A stretch of 18,148 nucleotides of DNA from a virus (lineage: Duplodnaviria > Heunggongvirae > Uroviricota > Caudoviricetes). The position numbers and the translations under genes were made by a program. Below the pieces are notes generated by a model. The model saw nothing but the letters and a program-made list of their open reading frames with translations. It had not been told where the DNA came from and searched no databases. Numbering within the stretch: the first letter of the stretch is position 1; each line of letters starts with the position of its first letter. The stretch lies in the IMG/VR virus record IMGVR_UViG_2609459852_000016; one strand, given 5' to 3'. This document shows positions 7,829 to 16,229 of the stretch, one piece after another.

Positions 7829-9787
7829 TTACGCCGTACATTTCACCAGACCGCGGTGATCAACTGGCGCGACACCGGCGTCAATACGCACTTTCGTTGT
7901 CACGCCATCCACACTGAAGCCCTCCATCTGATCAATATATGGCGTATCCACACCGTTGAGATAAGCCACTTCAATCGTATCGGAGCCTTTTGACGCAGCC
8001 AGGTAGAAGGTGGTCTGGCTGTTATCATCAAGACGAGGCTCTGCAATAACGGTCGCAAAATCTTTCACCGGGTTAATAATACCGGCGTTAATGTCAGCCC
8101 CCTTGACACTTGAGGAGCGAATGACCTGGTTAGCAACAGACTCCATCGCCGTCGGTACCAGTACGAACGCAGGACGAATATTCAGATGACGCTCCCCCTC
8201 TTTCTGAACGCGCATCAACTGGCGGGCTTTATCCAGCGATGCCACGTCCATTGCAGCGCTCTCCAGTACGTTTGCATGTTTCGCTTTATCGAACAGACTT
8301 ACATTATCTGTGGAGATTTTCGGGTTAGACGTCAGAATGGCATAAACCAGATCGGCAATAGTGGATTTCGCCGCACGGCCCAGTTTCATCGGGACATCGG
8401 TCAGCATATTCAGATCATCATTGATAATGGCCTGACGGGTGATACTGAACAGCTCGCCATAGGTCGCCAGTGCAATAGTGGCCTGTTTATCTCCGGTGGT
8501 GACGTATTTATATTCCGCCCCTTCACGCACCTGACGCAGAGCACTGAAGCCCCCCATACCCACACGATGGGCAATTTTAAAATCAGACAACTGACCTTTC
8601 CGCGTCCACTGTTCATAGGTTTCAGGGGCATCTTCCCAGCCCTGCAGAATGGCTTTGTTCGCAACATCCAGCAGAATATTACCGAAGTCAGACGTACTGT
8701 GTGTGAACGCCGCACCGACCATCTGCATCGGGTTATAACCGGAAACCCCAATACCCCGTTCAGTTAGTGACATACGGGCATATTCACGCAGGGTCATCCC
8801 GTTGTAGACATTATCACGTTCGGTTTTTTCAAATCCGGCACGCGCCATCAGCGCCTGGCGAATCCCGTCCCCCACAAAATTACCGTTACCGGCATAAATA
8901 TGAGCCGGGGTATTTTTATTGGATGGCGTGGACTCGCGCCCCATCTCGTTCAACAGCTTTTCACGGGCCTGCTCCAGCGAACATTCAGGATCGGCAAGAC
9001 ACTGGGCCTGCAGCGTCTGATAACGCCCACCAAACATGGCAAACAGATCATTAATACCGTTTACACGCGCTTTTTGCTCTGCCAGTACCTGCGCACGGAT
9101 ACTGTTTTCATCCACCACGGGTGCTGCTGCCTGCACTGGCGTCCGGGAGGCTGCAGGTTCATCATCCTGTACGCGTGGAGCACTGTTGCGTGGCGGAGTA
9201 ATCATGTTTCGAATGGATTCCGGCATCTTTTTAAATTCCTCTGTACGTTTTGACTGAATACATGCCATTGCCTTAACGGCTGGTGTCACCTGATCAGCAA
9301 ATCCCTGTGCCAGACATTCGGCACCGGACATCCAGGTCTCATCCGCCAGCATGGCAGCAATTTCATCGGTGGTTTTCCCGGTTTTCTGTGCATAAGCGGG
9401 TAACAGAACCGCCTCAACTTTATCGAGCAGGTCGGCATAGGTGCGCATGTCCTCCGCATCACCGCCCGTAAAGCCAAATGGTTTATGAATCATCATGAAG
9501 GAGTTTTCCGGCATAATGACCGGGTTTCCCACCATCGCAATGACCGACGCCATTGACGCCGCCACACCGTCGACATAAACGGTAATGGACGCACCATGTG
9601 TTTTCAGTGCATTAAAAATGGCGATGCCTTCAAAGACATCGCCACCCGGTGAATTAATATGGAGATTAATGTGGGTGATATCGCCCAGTGCATTCAGATC
9701 ACTGATAAACTGCTTCGCTGTAACACCCCAGAAACCAATCTCGTCATAAATATAAATATCCGCGTCACTCTGGTGACCTGCCTGCAT
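7829..9787 (-). CDS. Prohead protease (ClpP/S14-like) fused to major capsid protein (HK97-fold)
   Basis: N-terminal ClpP-like region (DIYIYDEIGFWG...INSPGGDV...GVAASMAS...MIHKPF), then an Ala/Pro-rich linker and a roughly 400-aa capsid-like C-terminal region. ATG at 9787 is 14 nt after the portal stop; the longer track ORF overlaps portal by about 250 nt. Confidence 0.75.
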   Translation of the reverse strand: MQAGHQSDADIYIYDEIGFWGVTAKQFISDLNALGDITHINLHINSPGGDVFEGIAIFNALKTHGASITVYVDGVAASMASVIAMVGNPVIMPENSFMMIHKPFGFTGGDAEDMRTYADLLDKVEAVLLPAYAQKTGKTTDEIAAMLADETWMSGAECLAQGFADQVTPAVKAMACIQSKRTEEFKKMPESIRNMITPPRNSAPRVQDDEPAASRTPVQAAAPVVDENSIRAQVLAEQKARVNGINDLFAMFGGRYQTLQAQCLADPECSLEQAREKLLNEMGRESTPSNKNTPAHIYAGNGNFVGDGIRQALMARAGFEKTERDNVYNGMTLREYARMSLTERGIGVSGYNPMQMVGAAFTHSTSDFGNILLDVANKAILQGWEDAPETYEQWTRKGQLSDFKIAHRVGMGGFSALRQVREGAEYKYVTTGDKQATIALATYGELFSITRQAIINDDLNMLTDVPMKLGRAAKSTIADLVYAILTSNPKISTDNVSLFDKAKHANVLESAAMDVASLDKARQLMRVQKEGERHLNIRPAFVLVPTAMESVANQVIRSSSVKGADINAGIINPVKDFATVIAEPRLDDNSQTTFYLAASKGSDTIEVAYLNGVDTPYIDQMEGFSVDGVTTKVRIDAGVAPVDHRGLVKCTA

Positions 9788-9800
9788 CCTGAACCAGGAA

Positions 9801-11309
9801 TTATTCTTCGGACTGGTCGTCGGTGTGCTGCGGCTCCTGTCGTTTCGTTGCGGCACTGCTGCCTCCTTTATCACTGGCCGGATCGGTATCAAATACCAGA
9901 TCCAGCTTGCGGTTTTCATCAATTTCGGCCTTGCGCCGACGTTTGACATCATCCGGATTACGACCACCTGCACGTACCCAGTCTGATTCTGTCGCCGCTC
10001 CACCACGAATCTGAATTTTCCAGGCCTCAGCCTCCTTAACAGGGTCAATCCACGGCATCACCGGTCCGGAATACACCGCGGTATACAGTGAAGAACGATC
10101 AAGATCGCGGGGTAGCCTGATAACACCGGATGCCACAGCCTGTTTCAGCCAGGCACGATACATCGGGCGGGTGACGGCACCAATAAACCAGTCCTGCAGG
10201 ATCAGGTAGCCATCAGTGGATTCAACCAGCTCCTGACGCTGGGCGCTGTAAGTGCCGTTATAGTTGCGTGCCGTACTGGAAAAACTCAGACGGCTGCCCG
10301 CCGCCACGGCACGCAACTGACCATTACGAAAAGTTTCAAGGTTAGGATTGGGACGATCCGACTTCACCATTCCGATTTCTTCGCCGGGTTTCAGATCGTC
10401 GTAAATAATGCCTGGCTGAATGGTAAGCTCGCGTTCATTCTCCTTGCTGCCATTACCATCCGGTTCATAGCTCTGCCCGTCGCCTTTCCGGATGTACATC
10501 CCCAGAGCAGCGGCGATCCTTGCTGCAGTCAGCTCAGAATCTTCATACTCTTTCAGGGCACTGAGGCGGATCAGCACACCGGACAACAAAGACGTCCCGC
10601 GCATCTGGTGCAGACGGCGAACAAATTTAAGATGCAGCATTCGCTCTGCATCCACTTCTTTGGTTTCCATCTGCCGCCCGGATACGGGACGGCTTTTATA
10701 CACCAGATATTTTTCGGGACGCCCCCAGTCATCAACAAACACGCCCTGATTCAGCCTGTTGCTCTCATCACTGGTCATGGGAATAAAGTCCGGCTCGAGC
10801 GCCTCCAGCCAGAAATGAACACCGGCAGAAGGCGTCAGGCTGTTTATGCGCCCGGAAACCATCTGGGCAAACACCTCACCATCGCGCAGCCAGGTACGCA
10901 GCATCAGACGTTCCAGCATCGGACGGGTAAACTGCCCGGTGACTTCCGGACTGACAGACCATTCACTCCATCGGGTGCGTATCTCCGCTGCCAGATCACG
11001 GGCAATGGCCCCATTGCGTAATACCGGATGTGGCTCGACAATAATCCCGTTTTTCCCCACCACCCGTTCTTCCAGCTTGTCAAATACACCAATAACCAGA
11101 TCGTGGTTGTTATCAAGGTAACGGGCCTGCTCACGTAACGACACGGCCCCGTACTGGCTTAACTGGTCGGCAGTTCGGTTTTCCCGCCGGGCTTTGTGTG
11201 TCCGTGTCGTTTTTACGGCCTCATAAGCCTGGATCACCGCACGGGAACGCAGCCTTGCCGCTTTCCATCCTGGTGAAAAAACGCCAATCACATCATCAAG
11301 AATTGCCAT
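9801..11309 (-). CDS. Portal protein (lambda gpB-like)
   Basis: About 500 aa, in the position between W and the protease/capsid gene. ATG at 11309 with GAGG SD, overlapping the W stop (TGATG). Confidence 0.8.
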   Translation of the reverse strand: MAILDDVIGVFSPGWKAARLRSRAVIQAYEAVKTTRTHKARRENRTADQLSQYGAVSLREQARYLDNNHDLVIGVFDKLEERVVGKNGIIVEPHPVLRNGAIARDLAAEIRTRWSEWSVSPEVTGQFTRPMLERLMLRTWLRDGEVFAQMVSGRINSLTPSAGVHFWLEALEPDFIPMTSDESNRLNQGVFVDDWGRPEKYLVYKSRPVSGRQMETKEVDAERMLHLKFVRRLHQMRGTSLLSGVLIRLSALKEYEDSELTAARIAAALGMYIRKGDGQSYEPDGNGSKENERELTIQPGIIYDDLKPGEEIGMVKSDRPNPNLETFRNGQLRAVAAGSRLSFSSTARNYNGTYSAQRQELVESTDGYLILQDWFIGAVTRPMYRAWLKQAVASGVIRLPRDLDRSSLYTAVYSGPVMPWIDPVKEAEAWKIQIRGGAATESDWVRAGGRNPDDVKRRRKAEIDENRKLDLVFDTDPASDKGGSSAATKRQEPQHTDDQSEE

Positions 11310-11521
11310 CAGAACCTCGCCAGCCGGTACCCGGGATGCCCCCGTCGTAGTGTAATCAGAGCCGCAAGGCGGCGCTCCCACTCCTGCCGTCCCTGCCGGA
11401 TCTCAGATAAGTTTTCCATGGTCATCTGCTGACCATTAAAGGTGACGGATTTTCCGTCCAGCACCGCCATTTCAGCTTCCGTATAACGCTGAATCATGGC
11501 TTCGATATCATTCTGGTTCAT
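11309..11521 (-). CDS. Head-tail joining protein W-like
   Basis: 70 aa, between terminase large subunit and portal as in lambda. ATG at 11521 overlaps the terminase stop (ATGA), with GGAGG 6 nt upstream. Confidence 0.5.
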   Translation of the reverse strand: MNQNDIEAMIQRYTEAEMAVLDGKSVTFNGQQMTMENLSEIRQGRQEWERRLAALITLRRGHPGYRLARF

Positions 11522-13620
11522 AACCATCCTCCGGAAGTCAGCCAGGGGTTAACATCGTCAGTTACTGTTTTCTTCCGTTTTTGTTTTTTAACAGGCGTGG
11601 ATACCGGTTCCGGTGTGGGTGACGGTTCGGTACTGTCCGGGACACACTCCAGCCAGGTTTCCCGGCTCGCCCACTCCGGTGCATCCGGCCAGCGGATCTT
11701 TTCGTATCCATGCAGAATGACCAGAGCCTCGGCATACACCATCAGGTCAAAAGCTTCGTTGGCACCGCGACCCGGCTTACTCCATTTCCCGTCACTGCTC
11801 CGCTCTTCATACGTCAGTTCGTCGTAAAACCAGCTCCCCAGCCAGTCAGGGAAATGCACATAGCCGGGACCTGGCGAGTCACGCCATAACGCGTTATTCA
11901 CCCGGTCTTTCAGGGCATCCGTCTGAAGAAGCCAGAGCGGCACATCACCTGCGGCCTGCGCCCGGCGGCCCGTTCGTCCGGTGTTATCAGGGAATGTACG
12001 GCTGATCAGTTTTGCGCGCCGGATGCTGTCACCCTTAAACAGGTAAATACGTTTACCAAGGCCATCACGACGGCAACGACGCCAGAATTTATAGGCATTA
12101 TCAGTGACCCCGTCTTCACCGCCGGAGTCCACCGCCATTGCCATCAGTCGCATTTGTTGAGAAGGATCGGAGGCCAGCGGCCAGCTTTTATGAAAAACAT
12201 CCGTCAGCAGGACATCCCAGTCTTCCGGATAGCTGGCCGGATCAATTCGCTGGCTCTCCCCGTCGCTGTCACCGCGCAATGACTGCGTGATGTTGTAACG
12301 ATCAATAATCCAGCGTTCGCCACGGCTGCCATAGCCCGTTACCTGAACCACAAAACGGCGATGACGTCCCGCCTGCACATCCACTGTCGCCACAAGGAAA
12401 TTAACGCCATCCGGCACACTGCGGGAAGGAACTGGCTCTGCCCGCTGCTCAAGCAATTCACTTTTTCGTTGATCCATGCTGGCGCGGGGAAGATAAGGTA
12501 ATCCCCAGTCGGTATTGATAACCGTCTTGAGTGTCTCTTCACTTCCGGTTGTCTCGTATTCCTGTTCTGCAGTAAGCAGTTTGTAAACGAGTTGCGAGAG
12601 TGTCTGATAAGCAGCTGCCGGACCCTCCATCCAGAATGACGCAATACGTGAACGCCGGGGATCACCATAACGACTGCCATCTGCATTGATGGATTCACCA
12701 TCCCGTAACCAGACCCCACGTCCGTTCAGCTCGCGTTTTTGTTCAGGCAAAATCCGTCCTGAACAGGAAGGACACTGAATATAAGCCGCCTCACTTGCCA
12801 GCACAGGATCGGCAATATCACGGAAACCAGCAACCACATCGCCGCAGGGCTGAAAATACTCACCACAGTGTGGACAGGGCCAGTACCAGCGACGGCGATC
12901 GCCACGGTTATAGAGCGACAGGATCCCCGTGGTTGGTGGAGCCTCATGCGGTGAAGTCCGTCGCCATTTCACATCCTTCACATCCCTGCCGGGGGAACTC
13001 TCCACCAGCGTCATACCACTGGACATAAATGTGGTGGTACGTTTTGAGGCAAGAGAGAAGGCATCCCCCTCACCATCAATATCTTCCGGAAAACGGTCAT
13101 AATCCGTCAGCGCCACGCATTTATAATCTGATGAAGACATGATATTGACTGACGGCCAGCCGATTTTCAGGTAGTTGCCAGCAAGGAATGTTCTGTCATA
13201 AACGTTGTTGTCATTTTTGTTCGGACTCAGGCGACTGACCACTTCCGGGCTGACGCGAAACGTTCTGGCGAGTCGTTTTTTGGAGTGTTCGCGGGCTTTT
13301 TCCTCCGTCATCTGAATGATCAGCATATCAGCAGGATCGCAAATCACGTTGTAAATCCCCCAGCCGTCAATCAGGCCGATAGTCTTGCCGGTTCGTGCCG
13401 GGCCAACAAATATCACTGCGTCGTATTCACGCGAGGCCAGGCAGTTCATAGGCTCAATAACATACGGTGCCACCAGCGGATCCCACGGGACTGAGTTCCC
13501 TGCCCCCATAGGCACCCGCATATACTGAGCAACGGCATCAGCAACCCGCATTCGTCTCGGTGCGCGAAGGATATAACCTGAATCGGTTCGTGCTGCCTTT
13601 GCGGTTTCCTGATTCAGCAT
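11518..13620 (-). CDS. Terminase large subunit (lambda gpA-like)
   Basis: 700 aa with Walker-A-like VGPARTGKT and Cys-rich CPHCG...CPSC segment as in gpA. AGGAGG SD 5 nt upstream; start overlaps the small-subunit stop (TAATG). Confidence 0.85.
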   Translation of the reverse strand: MLNQETAKAARTDSGYILRAPRRMRVADAVAQYMRVPMGAGNSVPWDPLVAPYVIEPMNCLASREYDAVIFVGPARTGKTIGLIDGWGIYNVICDPADMLIIQMTEEKAREHSKKRLARTFRVSPEVVSRLSPNKNDNNVYDRTFLAGNYLKIGWPSVNIMSSSDYKCVALTDYDRFPEDIDGEGDAFSLASKRTTTFMSSGMTLVESSPGRDVKDVKWRRTSPHEAPPTTGILSLYNRGDRRRWYWPCPHCGEYFQPCGDVVAGFRDIADPVLASEAAYIQCPSCSGRILPEQKRELNGRGVWLRDGESINADGSRYGDPRRSRIASFWMEGPAAAYQTLSQLVYKLLTAEQEYETTGSEETLKTVINTDWGLPYLPRASMDQRKSELLEQRAEPVPSRSVPDGVNFLVATVDVQAGRHRRFVVQVTGYGSRGERWIIDRYNITQSLRGDSDGESQRIDPASYPEDWDVLLTDVFHKSWPLASDPSQQMRLMAMAVDSGGEDGVTDNAYKFWRRCRRDGLGKRIYLFKGDSIRRAKLISRTFPDNTGRTGRRAQAAGDVPLWLLQTDALKDRVNNALWRDSPGPGYVHFPDWLGSWFYDELTYEERSSDGKWSKPGRGANEAFDLMVYAEALVILHGYEKIRWPDAPEWASRETWLECVPDSTEPSPTPEPVSTPVKKQKRKKTVTDDVNPWLTSGGWL

Positions 13621-14114
13621 TACTCCTCCTGCTGTAATTCCTCCTCATCATCCGCACCTGCTTCAGTCACCCGCAGGGCTTTCTGATCGCGCAGATCATC
13701 AATAATGGACTGAACACGGCTCACAGCGGCAGGCTGCAGACCGCAGTCACGTTCAAGAATATCCGGTAATGTCTCCAGCACCTGCACGACCGCTTTTGCC
13801 CAGATGGCAAACTCCCGTCTGACATCACTGGCCGGAATGAGTTGTGCCGTTTCCTGTTCGAACTTAAGACGCTCACGTTCAGACTGATACCAGGCTTTGC
13901 GCTCATGCGCGTCCATTTCGCCTTCTGCAACCGGCGGTGGTAATGCCAGAAATGCCGACACAATATCAACCACCCGATAAAGCTTGAGGTTGCTTTCATG
14001 CCCCCCTGCAACGGGTAGATTTTGCAGCCTTGCCGCAGCAGTCTGGCGATGTACACCTGACAATGCCGCCAGTTGACTGATATTCAGCGTCAGATTTTTT
14101 AACTCTCGATCCAT
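13620..14114 (-). CDS. Terminase small subunit (lambda Nu1-like)
   Basis: N-terminal HTH-like LNISQLAALSGVHRQTAAARLQ. The start lies 186 nt from the putative cohesive end (lambda Nu1 starts at about nt 191). GGAG SD. Confidence 0.75.
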   Translation of the reverse strand: MDRELKNLTLNISQLAALSGVHRQTAAARLQNLPVAGGHESNLKLYRVVDIVSAFLALPPPVAEGEMDAHERKAWYQSERERLKFEQETAQLIPASDVRREFAIWAKAVVQVLETLPDILERDCGLQPAAVSRVQSIIDDLRDQKALRVTEAGADDEEELQQEE

Positions 14115-14205
14115 ACCCGCTCCAGAATGTTTTAAACATGCATCTTGCGAACAACTTTAGGCAAACGGTGTTAGTGATGAACAAAAAACAATCAGAATCG
14201 ACACC

Positions 14206-14246
14206 ATAAAAATAAAACCACTGTAATATCAATCAATTACAGTGGT
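14206..14246 (-). other. Perfect 11-bp-stem hairpin plus U-tract in the cosB position (terminator-like or terminase/IHF site)
   Basis: Plus-strand accactgtaat-atcaatca-attacagtggt (14217..14246). On the minus strand it is followed by UUUAUUUUUAU (14206..14216). Confidence 0.4.
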
Positions 14247-14283
14247 GGTGATGACGAATAAAATTTCAAAAACTAGCCTTTTT

Positions 14284-14300
14284 CCGCGACGCTCCCGCCC
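14284..14300 (-). other. Candidate cos site (cosN-like cohesive-end sequence)
   Basis: Minus strand reads GGGCGGGAGCGT-CGCGG, against lambda left end GGGCGGCGACCT-CGCGG (from memory), followed by a GAAATTTTA...TTCGTCAT motif similar to the lambda cosB region. Confidence 0.5.
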
Positions 14301-14666
14301 CGTGGCAGGGACCCCCACTGGGAGGACCCGACAGCCTGACAACCGTGACGAGCATCTGAAACAGAGCTTTACATAATGGCATGGGGATAATTCAGAAGGA
14401 CATCACAGCATGCCCACACAAATTAGTGTGAGTGTCCTGTTTCTTACTACGCGCAGGACTGACGAGCATGAGGGGAAAATACGCGAACCGAAATGCCTTA
14501 TCTTCAGAAATGCAGCCGGCATCCGAACTGGACGATATTGTAAATTCACCTAAATACGAGGCATTGCTGTAGTTGAATTGCAGTACTGTATTAGCCTTAC
14601 AGTGACAGAATACGATATTGACTCTGTCACTTGTGAAATGGTCAGAATGGTTAGCAGTTATGGTGA

Positions 14667-14873
14667 TCAGTCAACCACCAGGGAATAATCCTTCGTATTC
14701 TTATCGTGCTTTACTAACGCGGCCTCAATTGCCCTGAATGCTTCCAGAGATACTTGATGTTCTATACATGCAATTACAACATCCGGGTAACCCATCGAAA
14801 TGGTGCTATTAAGCATAGTTTTTACACGAACCTGCTCCTGGGAGGGGGCATCAGTGTATTGATCTTTATGCAT
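14667..14873 (-). CDS. Hypothetical small protein (68 aa), cargo gene of unknown function
   Basis: ATG at 14873 with GGAG 9 nt upstream; balanced amino-acid composition; no motif recognised. Confidence 0.5.
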   Translation of the reverse strand: MHKDQYTDAPSQEQVRVKTMLNSTISMGYPDVVIACIEHQVSLEAFRAIEAALVKHDKNTKDYSLVVD

Positions 14874-15168
14874 TTTGTCGCTCCATTCGTTTGCTCTTCA
14901 CTTGCGGCTAAAAATATAACGTCAAATCACTCAGCATGAAAGAGTGAAAGTTTCAGCGCGTTTCCCTCACATAATCTGTCGTTTGTATTCTCTTCAGGCA
15001 TACCGGAAAGACTAGGTATTGTCACACAACCAATACCATCGACAATCGAGATTTATATCTATTCGGTAATGTTTAAATATAACAAAACCCCGTAAAAACG
15101 AGGTTTATGGGTAATTTGTATTGTTGAATAGCATCTGATGAGAAATTGATGCTAATACTATAAACATG

Positions 15169-15342
15169 CTAGATTAAATCAATCTTGATATCATAGCTTT
15201 CAAGACCAGTCATTTTTTCCCGTGCAGTAAACTGGATACTGGTAACTTCTTTCCCGGTCTTTTTCTTAAGCTCAATGATTTTTTTTGTTATATATTCAGA
15301 AATATCTGCTTCTGTTTTTGTTTTTAACTCTTCAATGTTCAT
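15169..15342 (-). CDS. gnsB: GnsA/GnsB-family protein
   Basis: MNIEELKTKTEADISEYITKKIIELKKKTGKEVTSIQFTAREKMTGLESYDIKIDLI closely resembles E. coli GnsB (from memory). ATG at 15342 with AGAGGA SD. Confidence 0.75.
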   Translation of the reverse strand: MNIEELKTKTEADISEYITKKIIELKKKTGKEVTSIQFTAREKMTGLESYDIKIDLI

Positions 15343-15514
15343 CATTTCCTCTTTTAGTCTGTTATGACTGTCCTGGTACACAGTAGTGTCAATTATATGG
15401 AGCAAACGTATAAAAGATAAGATGAAACATCGCAATAATCAACATACGACGGTCTAAATTTCACACAAACAGATAAAGATGATTATCATTTATTATCAAT
15501 GCATTAGAATCAAA

Positions 15515-15745
15515 TCAATTCAAGAGTCTCATTGCTGCTTCCAGAATTTCTTCTGAAGTTACATGTCGATCCGCTGCTACATAAATGACTTTATGATCTC
15601 CGGTCAGAGATGGAAACCCTGCAGCCATTACAGTGAGGTGTGTTGTTTCGCCATTTGGATATTCACGCATGATGGTGTTAACTCCGGTCATCACTGGCAC
15701 TACCATTGCTGGTTCAGAGTTAAAAAAAACTATTATTTTTTTCAT
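15515..15745 (-). CDS. Hypothetical 76-aa protein (possibly YmcE/YnfN-like by position)
   Basis: ATG at 15745; the longer track ORF starts with GTG inside the upstream terminator hairpin. It sits between the gnsB-like and cspI-like genes. Confidence 0.5.
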   Translation of the reverse strand: MKKIIVFFNSEPAMVVPVMTGVNTIMREYPNGETTHLTVMAAGFPSLTGDHKVIYVAADRHVTSEEILEAAMRLLN

Positions 15746-15789
15746 AATGTTACCGTAATATGTGAGTATCCATCGACTAGACACTAAGC

Positions 15790-15809
15790 AAAAAAGCTCC
15801 CGAAGGAGC
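15790..15809 (-). terminator. Intrinsic terminator downstream of cspI
   Basis: Minus strand: GCUCC-UUCG-GGAGC followed by UUUUUU. Confidence 0.6.
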
Positions 15810-16016
15810 CTTCATTTTCACTTTCTTAAATCTAACGACAGATGGCTAACATTTAAGTATTGTGAAATATTATCAAATGTAATCATCATTGATTTACAAA
15901 AGATACATTTTGCCCCGAAAGGATTTCTGTCAGAAACATCAAAAGATGATGTTCTATACTGAGAACCATGGCAACACGGGCATCTAAAGTGAATATGGTT
16001 TGTAATATTTTCTACC

Positions 16017-16229
16017 TCAAAGTGCCACTACATGAACAGCTGCAGGGCCTTTAGGTCCGTTCTCAATACCAAATTCGACTTCCTGATTCTCAGTTAACGT
16101 TTTGAAATCGTTGCTCTGAATAGCTGAGAAATGCACAAACACATCTTTGCTACCATCTTTCGGCGTGATGAAACCAAAACCTTTTTCAGGGTTAAACCAT
16201 TTCACTAAACCAGTCATTTTGTTAGACAT
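16017..16229 (-). CDS. cspI: CspA-family cold-shock protein (CspI-like)
   Basis: [38 protein letters not shown]...: cold-shock domain with RNP motifs, near-identical to E. coli CspI as I recall it. AAGGTAATA SD-like leader. Confidence 0.9.
   Translation of the reverse strand: MSNKMTGLVKWFNPEKGFGFITPKDGSKDVFVHFSAIQSNDFKTLTENQEVEFGIENGPKGPAAVHVVAL

Noticed and set aside
8186-9471. Plus-strand ORFs (8186..8767, 8767..9054, 8900..9253) overlapping the protease/capsid gene
   Set aside because: Antisense to a strongly supported structural gene, with Cys/His/Arg-rich translations typical of spurious reverse-strand ORFs.
9787-10048. Upstream extension of the protease/capsid ORF to 10048 (739 aa)
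   Set aside because: It would overlap the portal gene by about 250 nt in another frame. The ATG at 9787 follows the portal stop by 14 nt and begins directly at the conserved ClpP-like domain.
10608-11021. 137-aa plus-strand ORF inside the portal gene
   Set aside because: Antisense to portal with no SD; composition not protein-like.
14458-14480. CUGACGA...GAAA motif reminiscent of a hammerhead ribozyme core
   Set aside because: The segment between CUGACGA and GAAA (GCAUGAGGG) cannot form the required stem II hairpin, and no flanking stems I or III are evident.
15040-15110. Possible terminator after the gnsB-like gene (aaaaccccgtaaaaacgagg region)
   Set aside because: The apparent stem arms are not complementary (CCCGT versus CGAGG); only a 4-bp ACCC/GGGT pairing with a long loop is possible.
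15921-15937. Near-palindrome TTTCTG-T-CAGAAA in the cspI 3-prime region
   Set aside because: Short (6-bp arms), no flanking context suggesting a binding site or terminator; could easily occur by chance in AT-rich DNA.
15563-15962. Plus-strand ORFs 15563..15787 and 15762..15962 in the cargo island
   Set aside because: 15762 starts with GTG and runs through the cspI 3-prime region; 15563..15787 is Trp/Cys/His-rich and antisense to the better-supported 76-aa minus-strand gene.
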